Made by a program: the position numbers and the translations under genes. A stretch of 64,000 nt of DNA from Amoebophrya sp. A120 (Eukaryota; Protista; Dinoflagellata): positions 359,181 to 423,180 of the forward strand of contig CAJINV010000014.1 of assembly GCA_905178155.1 (NCBI GenBank). Reading direction: 5' to 3'. The notes under the pieces are model-generated. The model did not search any database, was not told the DNA's origin, and was given only the letters and a program-made list of their open reading frames with translations. Shown here piece by piece: positions 12,001-24,800 of the stretch. Position 1 is the stretch's first letter, and every line of letters starts with the position of its first letter.

Positions 12001-13939
12001 CGACGACTTCTCCCGCGATGTCGTGGTTCGTACTTTTCTGCTGTGATTTCACGGAGTAGGGGGAGGCTGGATCATCTGCGTCGAGGAAATCCAATTCCGG
12101 ATGTTGTTGAAACAGTCCTGTTTCCTTGTACAACTCAGCTGGGCCACAGCCGGAGCTGGTCGTTGCTCTCCTGGGCAGTTCGTTTGGCTCCTCGTCCACT
12201 GCGTCGAATGCAAGATCGTAGTCGTCCGCGCCTGCTGTAGCAGAAGAGGAAGTTCGGTTCTGCACCTGCGGTCGTTGTTGTACACTACGACCCGCATAAT
12301 TATGCAGATCTAGCTCCAAAGTTGCACCACTGTCACTGTGATGTGCAGACGATTGCACGTACTGTTTTCGGACTTGTTCTGCGGAGTTGTAGGGAGCCGC
12401 CCAATTTGAAGAAGGCACAGCTGAACACTGTTTGTCTTTCTCTCTGAGCGAAGAAGTACTACAACTACCGGGGTCTTCAAGAACTGCAGCAGGCGCGCCT
12501 TGGTGCTCAATCGGTGTTAGACTCGCACTCTGCGGTCTGCAGGAGCTCCGTTTGATGCGCGAAGAACTGCTGGGGCGTTGAAATGACTTGCCAGAATTCC
12601 CTGTAGAAATGTTGTTTGAAGACAGGAGCGTCGTTGCTGCCGTAGAAGCACCACTACCACCGGTTGTAACGATGAAATTGTAGTGCTCGTGGGTCATCAT
12701 CGTCGTCGCGTCTTGTCCGTGTGTAGTTGACCTTGCGTCGAATGTTGACTTTGATGCAGGAACTACATCCGCAGATGAAGCGTTCACAATTTTCTGTCGC
12801 GCATTAAACATCTTTTCCGGCGACTGTGAGACGGAGCGGGAGAAGGCGTTAGTGTTCCCTCCGTCCGGATCGTCATCTTCGAAAATCCCCAGATCCGCCT
12901 CGGACAAAACTTCCTCATCTTCATCAGCATAATTTGTCGAAGAAACATGAGGGACGTTCGTGTCATGCTGGTGTCCTGTACCCCTAAAACTCGGAAAAGT
13001 TGACGCAACGCCTCCTCGCGGGAGCGCACTGTTAGTACTCTGGAATCCTGTACTAGTTGCCCGTTTGTTAAAATTTCTCACGTCAAGAACCTGCTGGGTG
13101 AGCTGTTGCACTTCTTCGGAGGAGATTTTATTGTTTGTTTTAAGCTGCCGAGAAAGATGAATCTGGTCGCTCCTCGTTGATGCGTCGAAAAAGCGGAAAG
13201 CATCTTCTCTTTCCCGTCCAAGTCCAACACCCGATGAACCTTGCTTCATGATTTCATCCGCTTCCTCCAGATACTCCAGCATGTCGTCTCGTCCCGGCAA
13301 ATAAAACGCTGATGGATCGTAGAAAAACGCAGGAGGTGGTCTGGTTTCCATTTGTTCGAATCCATCCCCAGAAGCTGCTAGTTGGTGCGAGGATCCCCGC
13401 GTCCCAGCGACGGGCCGCGCTGATGCGGACTGCGGTCGTGGGCGCTGCGCTGAAGAGGTTCTGTGCAGAGCTGCAATTCCGCCAGATGTGGAAGTCGGTG
13501 TTCTAGTTTTGTCCTTGTTCGCTTCTTATCAAGTACACAAGTGTCTAGGTCTGGAAAAGTGGAACTTGTCATGGTAAATCAGAATCATGCAAAAATCTGT
13601 GTTGCATGATGACCAAACACTATCCACTTTCGACCAAGCTGAGAGTCCGCAGCTTCTGACGCAGGATAGGCATGATGGAGACCTCGCAGAATATGTCATG
13701 CTAGGACCTGCATTCCAAACCTCATTGGCCATTCAGAATGTGCATGACTATGACAAGTAGTCTTGCATTCTTCCAGATCCACCAGACATTTTTGCATTTG
13801 ATACTTCTTCCTCCTTTCGAATCGCTCCGGCGGACTGGGCGCGCTGCAAAGTGGTCCGGTTTGTTCTCCTGCCACCCGATAGGACACTTTTTCGCGATCG
13901 CTCGTCTATGACCATCACCGGGTAGGAGCTCTCGGACAC
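9027..13939 (-). CDS. Large low-complexity Ser/acidic hypothetical protein, at least 4 exons, 5' end unresolved
   Basis: ORFs 13748..13939, 10841..13351, 10073..10687 and 9027..9470 join in frame across elements 13527-13803 (KEEE|ANKDK...EQMETRPP), 10642-10903 (WSTS|SSSSPSLV) and intron 9483-10105; RPQSA-type motifs. Confidence 0.7.
9483..10105 (-). mobile_element. Degenerate TIR intron with GT...AG-compatible ends
   Basis: Minus-strand start gtaggaaaggaaaaagccagctt is the inverted partner of tatggaaaggaagaaaaagccaactt at 9484; ends ttccatag. Confidence 0.6.
10642..10903. mobile_element. TIR introner element, main family
   Basis: Near-perfect 32-bp TIR; perfect DR cgatg. Confidence 0.95.
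13527..13803. mobile_element. TIR introner element, main family
   Basis: TIR plus perfect DR cttct; interior similar to 10642-10903 and 45475-45747. Confidence 0.9.
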
Positions 13940-14186
13940 ACGGATGGCGAACCTGGTGTGGTTGCATTTGATGATAGTGGTCGCACATCACCAATTTTCA
14001 AAGTACTTGCCAGCTCATCTGAGGACACCACACACGATACTGCACATGGTCATGGTGGCATCCAACGCACTAGGTCGATGAAAAACGAACAAGATCGGTT
14101 TCCGGGTTTCTTAGTGAAATGATGAAGCCGGTACTAGTACAAATTTCGGTTTTACTTTTATGAATGTCGCGCCCGGAGGGCGATAT

Positions 14187-15465
14187 TGGTAACCAAATGC
14201 GTGCGCGAAAATCTAACCAGCGCGAAAGCCTAGCCAGCCGCGCTTTCGCCGCGCGGCTGCCACCACCATTTCTTTTTAATTAGAACCCCACTTCTATCCC
14301 GGGTCATCGGAGGCTTCCGGATTCGCATTCAAAGCTTATCGCAGGAGCCTGCGGGCCGCCGCGGGCTCCACCACTTCCCCGCGGCCCTAAAGGGCCGCGG
14401 ACAACTACTGTCGCCCGCGGCGGCCCACAGGCTCCTGCGATAAGCATTGAANNNNNNNNNNNNNNNNNNNNNNNNNNNNNNNNNNNNNNNNNNNNNNNNN
14501 NNNNNNNNNNNNNNNNNNNNNNNNNNNNNNNNNNNNNNNNNNNNNNNNNNNNNNNNNNNNNNNNNNNNNNNNNNNNNNNNNNNNNNNNNNNNNNNNNNNN
14601 NNNNNNNNNNNNNNNNNNNNNNNNNNNNNNNNNNNNNNNNNNNNNNNNNNNNNNNNNNNNNNNNNNNNNNNNNNNNNNNNNNNNNNNNNNNNNNNNNNNN
14701 NNNNNNNNNNNNNNNNNNNNNNNNNNNNNNNNNNNNNNNNNNNNNNNNNNNNNNNNNNNNNNNNNNNNNNNNNNNNNNNNNNNNNNNNNNNNNNNNNNNN
14801 NNNNNNNNNNNNNNNNNNNNNNNNNNNNNNNNNNNNNNNNNNNNNNNNNNNNNNNNNNNNNNNNNNNNNNNNNNNNNNNNNNNNNNNNNNNNNNNNNNNN
14901 NNNNNNNNNNNNNNNNNNNNNNNNNNNNNNNNNNNNNNNNNNNNNNNNNNNNNNNNNNNNNNNNNNNNNNNNNNNNNNNNNNNNNNNNNNNNNNNNNNNN
15001 NNNNNNNNNNNNNNNNNNNNNNNNNNNNNNNNNNNNNNNNNNNNNNNNNNNNNNNNNNNNNNNNNNNNNNNNNNNNNNNNNNNNNNNNNNNNNNNNNNNN
15101 NNNNNNNNNNNNNNNNNNNNNNNNNNNNNNNNNNNNNNNNNNNNNNNNNNNNNNNNNNNNNNNNNNNNNNNNNNNNNNNNNNNNNNNNNNNNNNNNNNNN
15201 NNNNNNNNNNNNNNNNNNNNNNNNNNNNNNNNNNNNNNNNNNNNNNNNNNNNNNNNNNNNNNNNNNNNNNNNNNNNNNNNNNNNNNNNNNNNNNNNNNCC
15301 CGCTTCATTTCTGGCCATTTCCCTGACCTTCACGCCTCGCGGCGGTTGCCCTATATGGTAACGGCAACTGCCTTCGCGCTGCGTTTGCTAAGCAATATCG
15401 CAAGCGCGCAGAGCGCGCGCGCCGGCTTCGTGGGCCGGCGCGCGCGCGCACGCATTTGGTTACCA
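14187..15465. mobile_element. GC-rich TIR element spanning the assembly gap
   Basis: Perfect 21-bp inverted repeat tggtaaccaaatgcgtgcgcg at 14187-14207 and 15445-15465; internal foldback 14328-14451. Confidence 0.55.
14452..15298. other. Assembly gap
   Basis: Run of N. Confidence 1.
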
Positions 15466-15470
15466 GACTA

Positions 15471-16337
15471 TCAGCAAACAAAGTTCTTGTACTCTTGCTG
15501 CAGCATCTGGCCTGACTCGCCGCTCCCTCCCCCGCAAGTAGAGGACAATGCTGCGCTTAATGGTCGCACCATGCCAGCCACTTTGGGTCGTCTTCCACTC
15601 CCTCCACCGCTTCCTCCAACAAAACTACACGCACTCTGCGGCCGGACGCGAGTTGGCGTAGGTCCAGCGCGCGGTTGGCTGTTATTCGCTTTCGCTTCTT
15701 TACTGCCGGCGCCAAATGTAGTAGGAATGAAACCTCCTCCAGGGTGGAAGTCGTGCACGAGAAAATGATCACTGGCATCACTAGCTGCAGGTTGTGTGCC
15801 CGATTTTTGATGATGTCCGACACCACTCTCGAAGGGGTAAAGCTGGCGTTGCCTCAGTCCTCCTCTTGTCGCTCCTGCTCCTGCACCATCAGTACCACAA
15901 GCTCCCGCTTGCGGCTGCCACACCCCGCCGCGTCTGTACAAAACAGGCGGGTGCTTGAGTCGCTCTTCGCGTAGCTGCTGCCGCTGCGTGTGAAGTGCTT
16001 GCACGTTCATGTTCTGTCGCCAGGGCTTTTGCTTCAACGCCGCAGCGGACATGTCCAGAGTTTTGCTGCTGCCTGAAGAGAAGATTGGGTAAAGGGCCGC
16101 GCCCGGAGCAGTGGCTTTCTTCGCACTTTCAAATTCGTTCAAAACGAAGTAGTTCAAATACGCGGTGGAGACTGACGGTGGCGACTGTGGCTGATGCTGC
16201 GCGCCGGCTGATGCAGCTTTCGTTCCTGCTGCGCCCGAATAGACGCCCTGCATGCGGCGCTTCTGCCGCGAGGAACTCTGCGGCCGCGCGAAACCGCAGC
16301 CGGGTGGTGCTCCAAAACCGCCGTGGGTAGTGTGCAT
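15471..16337 (-). CDS. Hypothetical low-complexity protein or exon (possibly the 5' part of the 9027-13939 gene)
   Basis: Open frame from MHTTHGG; repeated RPQS/RPLS motifs shared with the downstream gene. Confidence 0.5.
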   Translation of the reverse strand: MHTTHGGFGAPPGCGFARPQSSSRQKRRMQGVYSGAAGTKAASAGAQHQPQSPPSVSTAYLNYFVLNEFESAKKATAPGAALYPIFSSGSSKTLDMSAAALKQKPWRQNMNVQALHTQRQQLREERLKHPPVLYRRGGVWQPQAGACGTDGAGAGATRGGLRQRQLYPFESGVGHHQKSGTQPAASDASDHFLVHDFHPGGGFIPTTFGAGSKEAKANNSQPRAGPTPTRVRPQSACSFVGGSGGGSGRRPKVAGMVRPLSAALSSTCGGGSGESGQMLQQEYKNFVC

Positions 16338-17854
16338 GGTTTTGATGCACTTGTTGTCTGATGTGCTTGGTGTCGAAAACGAAACAAAGTGCCAAAGATC
16401 TACTTGAATTTTTCGCCAGGTACGACACTTAAGTGAAAAAGCGAAACGAAAAAAAGCGATAGGAAAAAAAGTCACTACTTCCTGTAGTTCCACACTACAG
16501 CTTGCGCTCCAGCAACCTGTCGTGAGTCATCTTCACTTCGGTGGAGTGCACACTCTTACCCCCGCACTTACTTTTTCGGTTGCCGCAACTCCCCTCATTC
16601 GACAACTGGTTGTAACATCTCGTCGACAAAATGTTACGCTCAAAATAAATGGCACAAACCTGCCTGATTTGACTCCTCAAATGCATGCACCTCTGTATCC
16701 ACCTCTCCGACAGTATCAAGAGTGACTGAGACTGTTCGGGAAAATGATGCAGAAAACAAAACGAGCAATATCCAAGAAAAAAATGCCGTGATGCATCAGA
16801 CCAATGGTAACTTCTGCACCTACACGTACACCTTCTCCATCTGTGCAAAGAAGGGAACTCAACTTTACGAACCGATAGAACAGAGTCGATTTTCATTTTA
16901 GCATCAACTACCAGTGAGTTGTTCATCCGGAAAGTACGTTCTCACCGGTCTGTTGTTTATATATTTTTGCGTGTTTTGAAAAGCGAAGAAATTCTGCGAA
17001 GATGTCGTACATTTGCGTCCTGTTGACCCGCTCGCAGGGGCGTGTTTTTATCACGTGTCACTGTTCATTTTTACCTTTACGCGCAGCTGTTGATGAATGA
17101 GATTTATAGTGCGCGACCAGCTCCTTATTCTTTTTCTGCGCTAGTATAAAGACAGAAGCAATGGGCGTAGCACCTCCCTAGTATCTTCCCCATACGAGCG
17201 GACCTCCCTAGCAAGAATTTCCCATCGACACTTTGAGACCGGTCGAATCTCCAGAGAGTAAGTGTAAATTGACATGGTAAAAAGGTTTCGAAGCATAGTA
17301 TATGCATTGTCTTCGTCGAGGAGACGTCGCTGATTATGGCTCCTCTGCTATATTCGTGTGTAAGATTGACTTCAGAATTATGCTACGTAGTTTGGTGTAC
17401 AGAAACTGAGAGGACAAGCATGTGCCTGCGCAGTGCTTGATACAGTTGTTGTTTCATTTGCTTGATATTTGACGGAGATGTTGATGTAGCTGTCGTGGTT
17501 CTTCATTTGGTGAAACTGGTGGTGGCGGTCTTGCATCTTTTTGTTTTCACCTCTGGTTTTCCTCTCCTTGGACTTGGCAGTCGTTGCTTCATCTATTTTC
17601 GTAGCGTGCGCTGAAGTTCCTATCATTCCAAACTTCATCACTCTGGAGGGGGGGGCGTTCGGCCTTGACCTTGCACAGAAAAAATCTTCTTGGAAAATAA
17701 ACATCTGCGCAGTTGCTTAAGTGTTGAGCAGGAGGTTCAGTTCTTCGCCTTAATTCGCTGTTGTTGCAAGATAATTCTTTTCACCACATCGGAGTGGGGC
17801 ACATATATTCCCGAGACCCCTTCTGTTTCTCCGTTTACCAAGTCTTCATCTGCT

Positions 17855-19838
17855 CTACATTTCCTGGTTGCCCGCACTCTGGGCCGCGAGCAGGTGCTGG
17901 ATCTTTTCAGCCAGCACGATCTGGGCTTTGCACAAACTGGATAGGTAGCGGCACATCAGTACGTCCTGGGTAGCGCCGTTGATCAACGCGTCGAGTTTGT
18001 CCTCGTCGCCGATAATGTCACCTTCCAGGGCACGGGAGAGGGCACGGCCGACCTGGGATAAACGTTTTTTGCATGATACAAATTTGCTCAGCCGGAATTC
18101 ACGATCATGCTGCTCTAGCGCAGGAAGAACCTAATTTGTCATGCATAACACTATAAGTACAGCAATACAATCAACACATCTATATTAAATCATACCTCCG
18201 GATTTGGCGTCTTCTTCTCTGTCAAAACGTCGGCGATGTATTCCCGTGCCAGGCCAAACAACTGCTTCAAGTCTTGCAGTTGTCGCAGGAAGTTATCCAA
18301 TGCAGTTGAGCCCTGAGTAGAGAGTTTTTGTGAAGATTTTGATCGATAATGAGGGAATATTATAGCCATAAGAACTTCCACGGCAAAAAACCAGCACCGA
18401 TCTCGGTTCTTCGTGTTCTTTGCCCGCTATTAAACAGGTTATTTGACTCGAGCCACAGTCTGATCCTTCTTTTGAGGTCTGCGTATAGAAATTAAGTAGC
18501 ATGTTCTGCATGCGCCGTAAAATAATATAGTACGAGCGCCTCTTCCGTTTCCAGCATGTTGTTCTTGCTGTTTACGTTTGACAGCATTTGGACAATGTTC
18601 ATTTCCGCGCCCGGAACGTTGGCGACGATGGGCAGCTCGTAAAACTGGATCAGGTTCTGATCCGTCCCCGCGACGAAATCCGAAGTAAAAATCTTGATCT
18701 CCATAGGCACGGCGCAGTCTCGGATCGTGGTGTCGACCTGGTTGCGTTCAATATTCGATACTGTTGAACTTGAAGGTAAATAAAGCTGTACGTAGCATCA
18801 AATTCAAATAAAGCAAGGATGGATAGATGTTGCGCGTGTGGTGCCCGAAGATGAAGGAATGCATCACAAGAAAAAGCGCACCAGCTGTGTGACACCACGA
18901 CACGAACTAGTGAATACAACATTTTTACCTGCAGGTAAACCGGGTCCCTCAAGTTTTGTGCGGGATTCGGCGTAAATTTTGACTCCTTTGTTCGGTAGAA
19001 CTGGTGGATGGCCAGCGTGTTTTCGTCAATCGCGTGGTCCTCCCCGACGGAAAACCAGCCGACTACTTGCTCCTTGTTGTTAACGTGCTGTCGCAGCTTC
19101 ACAAATCGCCCGTGGTAGTTCTGGTCCATAAGCACACCTGTTTTGATGGGGATGGTGTTGTGAGATTCTATCTCCATATTCTGATGCGGCTTTTTTTTTT
19201 TGATTTTGATATTTTTCTCAGGCCTAAAAAATGAGAGCCGATTTGCTCGTCGTGGTGATCCGATCGATGTATTGCAGCTCATGCGCAATGTGCAGGACCA
19301 ACACCCGTGTTTATCTTCGAACATACTTTTTGGGTAGAAATCCAGCAGCAACGAAAGTGTTTCATGTACCTCGCTCCGCCTGCTGCAAATCTGAATGCAC
19401 CACTTGGAAAGCGTCCACAATTTCGAGAATGTTCCCCTCCGATACCATGCCCATAAGAGTTCCTGTTGATGGTGATTTAGATTTTGGATTCCAATTCCTT
19501 TTAAGTAAATCGATGCGCAGCTTGACGGTAAGTAAGGTAGAAATAAAGAGATCTGGTGATGTCATACTCAACATACCAACCATGCAAACTGCCTCATTTT
19601 GATTTTCTTTCGGTAATTTTCACATGCCGATGAAAAAAGTATCGTCTTCTCTGTAGTAAGTACCGATTGCTCGGTGTTCCTTCTTTGGGATGCGTGCGTA
19701 GGCATCCAGAATCGTCATTAACGCGAGGGGTTGTATTCTGACAGACAGGGCCTGTTTCTGGATCACAAAGCAGTTCTTGCTCTGAACCCCCGTGCCGGTG
19801 GCCTTTCCGCCGCCGACGGTCATCGCGGTGGTAGTCAT
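17855..19838 (-). CDS. EIF3F: Translation initiation factor 3 subunit F (MPN domain), 331 aa, 6 exons
   Basis: VRIQPLALMTILDAYAR..RAIGTLMG, EQVVGWFS, VGRAL, QDVLMCRYLSSLCKAQIVLAEKI; five GT-AG introns 19463-19663, 19138-19369, 18738-18928, 18313-18533, 18053-18195. Confidence 0.88.
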
Positions 19839-20100
19839 GGTGTTGACGGTTTTTCTTTGATGTAGAAAAAAAAACGAAAAGTAGTAAATTCGATCTGTTG
19901 GAAATAAAGAATTATATCGTAAAAGTGTCGCGTTTGCACGTGCAGTTTGAAGTTAGTGCATTTCGATTTTTGCAGAGAGAAGGATTTTCACAGAAAAATC
20001 GCTAGTTGTGCTTAACTTCTCCGTAGTAAACAGGTCCGAAGTGAAGATCAGTGAAACTACAACTTCTGAATCGGCCGGAAGCTAAATCAAGATCAGCTAG

Positions 20101-21146
20101 CTGTTCCTACCGAGGACTTCGACTTACTTTGGCCTGAAGCAATTATAGAAAGACAAAGAGTGAGTACTTCGACTACCGGAATTTAAGCACGGGGTCACAA
20201 TGATCTTCTTTTTGGCCTTGATGCTCCTAGCCAGCGGCGCTTGCGTTTGTCCCTGTTTTTGTGCCTGTTTGCGCGCCTGCTTTTCTGCCTTTTTTTTTAC
20301 CTGTTTTCGTGCCTCTTTTTACGGCTGCGCCTGCTTTAGTGCCCGGGCCGCCACACTCATAGAAGATGGCACTGAGGCACATGCATAGCACAACGCCGGG
20401 CCTTCTAAAGAACACGCTCACACACGCAGCGCGCGCCTGCCTCAAAATGGCGCGCGGAAGGGCATCGCAAAAGATACAAAAGAAGAACATCCGAGCGCGC
20501 TGAGTGTGACCCAGAATAGGTGCCCGGCAGTCCACCTCTTCGGGCATGCCTCTACTCATCCGGCACGGGGCCTCCCAGGGATGAATTATAGCCAGCGGCG
20601 CCTTGGATTGCATGCCGGGGCCAACTGCTGGCCCTGGGTCAGCTTCTGCAACAGCTGCTCTGCCTCTGTCCTTGTGCTTGCACTAATCCTTCCATTGGAA
20701 GCGAAAGGCCACACTCGCACAGCCGAGGACCACCCAACCACCTACCTCCCTCGCTTTGATGCTAGAGGTCCTGCTGGGCCAATTTATTACCAAAAGCCGA
20801 GACGCCTGCTGAGAGGCGAGCACTCCATGGCGAGTAAAGTTCTACAACGGTATTTGTCCTTCAGAGGCATGATGCTCTTTCCCGATCAATTCCGCCGGGG
20901 CTGGCATCCCGGACGCTGAGTTCAGCGGGCTTCTTTCGCGAAGCGACTTCTGCTTCCTCTCACATGGACGAACAAGGGTGGGTTACATGTGCTTTTTTTC
21001 AAAAAGTCCTAACCCCCGCTAGTGGGTGCCCACTAGCGGGGGTTAGGTCCAGACGAATGTAACCCACCCTTGTTCATTTGTTCTAGGCTGTTCCTACCGA
21101 GGACTTCGACTTACTTTGGCCTGAAGCAATTATAGAAAGACAAAGA
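20101..21146. repeat. About 59-bp direct repeat flanking a 0.93-kb segment
   Basis: ctgttcctaccgaggacttcgacttactttggcctgaagcaattatagaaagacaaaga at 20101-20159 and 21088-21146. Confidence 0.9.
20970..21075. repeat. Nested perfect palindrome / foldback
   Basis: 19-bp arms 20970-20988 and 21057-21075; inner 19-bp arms within 21008-21047 with a 2-nt loop. Confidence 0.9.
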
Positions 21147-21803
21147 ATTAGTACAGCTAGACGCACATGCATGCAGGGTGCTCTTCCTACGTTGTCGGCC
21201 CTCTAAACGGCTTTGATGGGAAATCAATTCATCAAACAAAAAAAAAGATAGACGCGGTCGTCTTTGGGGAGCATACCATGACGCGATAATTATATTTTCA
21301 GGATCCGTAACGCATGTTTCTTCTGTAAAGGTTTGTGCTGACCAATGGAGCAACAACCAACAAGCTAGCGGGAACCAAAAAAAGTGATGAATACAAAGCA
21401 ATCATGGAAATTTGTGAAGATCTTGTCACCGGCAAAACTGCTTGTCTAGAGAGCTTTTACATTTTCCTACCGCTCCTGCAATGGATCATCCTGTATTATT
21501 TTTGGATCTAATGTCATCAGAGAGCTGCTCCTGCCCATACCATGAGCAGCACGCCAAGCATACAAGAACATTAGAAGAGTTGCTATCGTTTATCCCGGAA
21601 AGACATTGTAATTTGCAATTGATGAACCTCCAGGATCTTCGCGGATTGATGCTACATGCCTTCTTAGCTTTGGATCATCGCGTTTTGGTTTTTTTTGTAC
21701 ACTTGGGCTTCGGCTTGGGCATGCTCGAGATCAGGATTCTATTCAACATGCTACCATTTTTTTCCTATGTATCAAACAACTTTCTTCAAGATTATTAACA
21801 CTA

Positions 21804-24800
21804 TCATGATCCTAGCCTCGACAAGAGTGCAGTTTGCAAGTCGTTTTGTATACTGGAGTTTTTCCCGCTCCAATCAAAAGGTTCGCGGAAGTAGGCCCCA
21901 GGGGCCCGCCGGGGGACCACAAGAAACGCTTCATCTTGGAGTTGTGGTGTATCCGCATCAGAAGTTTTTGTGTATGCTCCATGCCCTCTTCTCTCCTGCT
22001 GCTGCTGAAAGTCATTTCGCCGACCCGCCACTTTTGCCGCCAGCTTCCTTTTGGCAAGTTCGAACTGCCTCTCCAGAAAGTCCACCACCTGCTGGCAAAC
22101 TCCGTCCGCGTCGTTATGCATTGCAAATATCCCTGGATGTCTGGAAGAGTGCAACTTGTGATGCTGCATCTGGATGCTCAAAAAATCTGCATTGCATAAG
22201 CAGCAAGGGGAGTCAAATTTGGCTACGTCGCGGAGAGGGCATTTGTCTTGCGGGATGCGCATCGATTTCGATAAGCGCTCAAAAAAATGTGTGAGGCTAC
22301 GGCATACATCACAGACATCACGAATCATCATCATGGAGAATGTGCATCGACAAACTTGTCCTCTTCCAGACCCAGACATATTTGCATTTGATAGTCGTGC
22401 ATCTGTTGCAACTTCACGGAGCTGGGGAACTCCCGAGCATACCGACACGCCGCGTTCCAATGTTTCAGGGCCTTTTCCTTCTGCTTTTGTAGGAAGAGTT
22501 GATAATCTTGATTTTCCCGCGGGTCTAACAGCATCTTCCTGTGGTTTCTACTACTGTTCGTGTTCCTCGTTGTATGGCAAGAAAAAATTGTTTCACTGTG
22601 AACTTGTGATGCAGAAAATGGAACACAGACCTATTTGTCTTTCTACACTTGCAAGACATTGCATTTTCAAGCGTGTTTTCCCTTGGGAAGCGCGCATGGC
22701 AAATTTTCTGTGTCATGAGTAAGGAACTTGTGATGCAGATTTTGCAAAATCACCACAGTGAAGCAGTTTTTTCGTGGGATATGTTGGAGATGATGCTGAC
22801 GCGTCGTCTTGTTGCTGTTGAAAAGAGTTGGACGACGCTGCTCCGAATCTTTGAAAGGCATTGTTCATCACAGGTGCATTCGTACTACTAGTACTACTAC
22901 CACTCGCCCCGCTGCTCAAGAAAAGCGCAGTCCCCGGACCACCAGCACCACCATGAGCGACATTATCCTGGTTGTAATTTGTGTCAAAATGGAAGGATTC
23001 AGCAACAATCTTTCCCTCGAACAGTGCCGGGTTGCCCTGGTTCACGATGAAAGTGGTTTTGAAGCGGGACCGCCAATTGACGGAAAAGTTTAAATTCTGC
23101 GAGTGCAGCGTGGACACGATGGTCAGGGTGATTTGGGCTTTCTCCATTTCGTCCGCGAAACACAGGAAAATGGTCTTGTTGTGGTATTTTTGTGCTGAGC
23201 TGGAGGATGAAGTGTTTTTTGTCACCATAGTACCGACGTTGTTCTTGTCGCCCGAACATAAATGCTGATCGTGAAGTTGTTCTCCAACATGCGATAAGCC
23301 GTCGTGGCTACTCCTGTAGTTAAATCGTTCGTCCAACTTCTTTTGCATCAGCTGCTGGAATTTCCTTGCCGCGCTCGCTGTTCGCAGGGGCGGCGAAATG
23401 TCTCCCGCGTCCTCCAAGACAGGGCGAATCAGTTCCTCTTGAAGCTCTATCAAGTGTAAAAATGTCTGGGTCTGGAAGATTCATGCTGTTTTTGCATGAC
23501 ACGCAAGGTCTGGCATTGAAGCTCTAGCATCACAGGTTTCGAGAAGCTTCCGCAATGCCGAATCCGCATGACAAATCCCCCACTTTGGTGACAGAAAGTG
23601 GGCAGCTTTTGCTACCTATGCATGAGAGATTTTTCTGTGTTCTGAAATGCGCATCACAAGTTGCATTCTTCCAGTCCCAGACATTTTTGCATTCCATAAG
23701 CTCCAAGTCCGTCGTCGTCCGGGGAGGCGTGAGGAAAAGCTCCTTATTGTGAGGAAAAATCCCCCCTCCCCATATCGAAAGCGGAATTTGTGTTGCTGTA
23801 TTTGAGTACACAAATCACATCTGTCTAGCTAGAGAGGACTGCAGACCCATATCAAGCCTGGGCAGAGATGCTTTGACTTAGGCGCTTAGCATGAGAAGCG
23901 TCCGTGATGTTGGCTCAACAACATGACAAACCGCCTCCATAATGGGACGGAAGCTGCTGCCCTTGTCTTCTTGCAGCACAAACGTGGTCTGTGACCTCAA
24001 ATCAGCAACACAAATTTTCGAAAGCCTACCTCTTCAATATGGGGAGGGGGGATTTTTTCTTGCGATACTCCTGTGTGGTCCTCGTTGCCGCGCCACCTTG
24101 TTCTTGCGCCGGCACATTACTGCTCAGCTCGGTGTTAATGTTATTGTCCTTTTATCCTGAGTAAAAACGTACCCACACCAGAGTCAGGATGAGGATTTTG
24201 CAACACAAACCTAGGAGCTCTGTGAGTCACGCATGACAAGTTGCACTATGCAGCGTAGTGCAGGTTAGCAAGTGTAGCCGCATCACAGATTCATCTGCTC
24301 ATCCTGTTCACAGCATCACAAATTCCAAAACACGATTGGAAATGGCTCTCATGCGGATGCGCATTACAAGTCTTCCTGTCTTTGCAAATCTGCATTACAA
24401 CTCTGGTGTGGGTACGTTTTTACTCAGGATACCTTTCGGTGGAAATTTATGTCGAATGTGGTGACCAACTTCGGGAACCACTGGACCACCTGGAAATATT
24501 TCCCAACCACGGGGTTCCAGTACAGTTGTCGCCGCTCATTCCAGGCCTCTTTGCACACGACGTTGATGCAACGCTGCAAGTTGTTTTTCACATTCTTAGA
24601 AGCAGCTCCGCTCTGCTCGTCCCTCTCGCTATAGCTGGTGACAGTGTGGTCGCAAAAGTGGTAGTGCTCCGCATGGCGTTTAAACAACTGGGTGCGGTAG
24701 TTCTTGCTGGTGTCCTCAAGAACGCCAGCAGTGGTTCTGGGGTCCCCTTGGTCCTCTTGGCCTCCAGCAGCGGCAGCGGCATTATTATTTCCACCGGTAT

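Noticed and set aside
13907-14054. Another TIR intron (tatgaccat / atggtcatg)
   Set aside because: Only about 8 bp of complementarity and no DR; cannot be supported.
14304-15361. ORFs of about 300 aa made of X
   Set aside because: Artefacts of the N gap.
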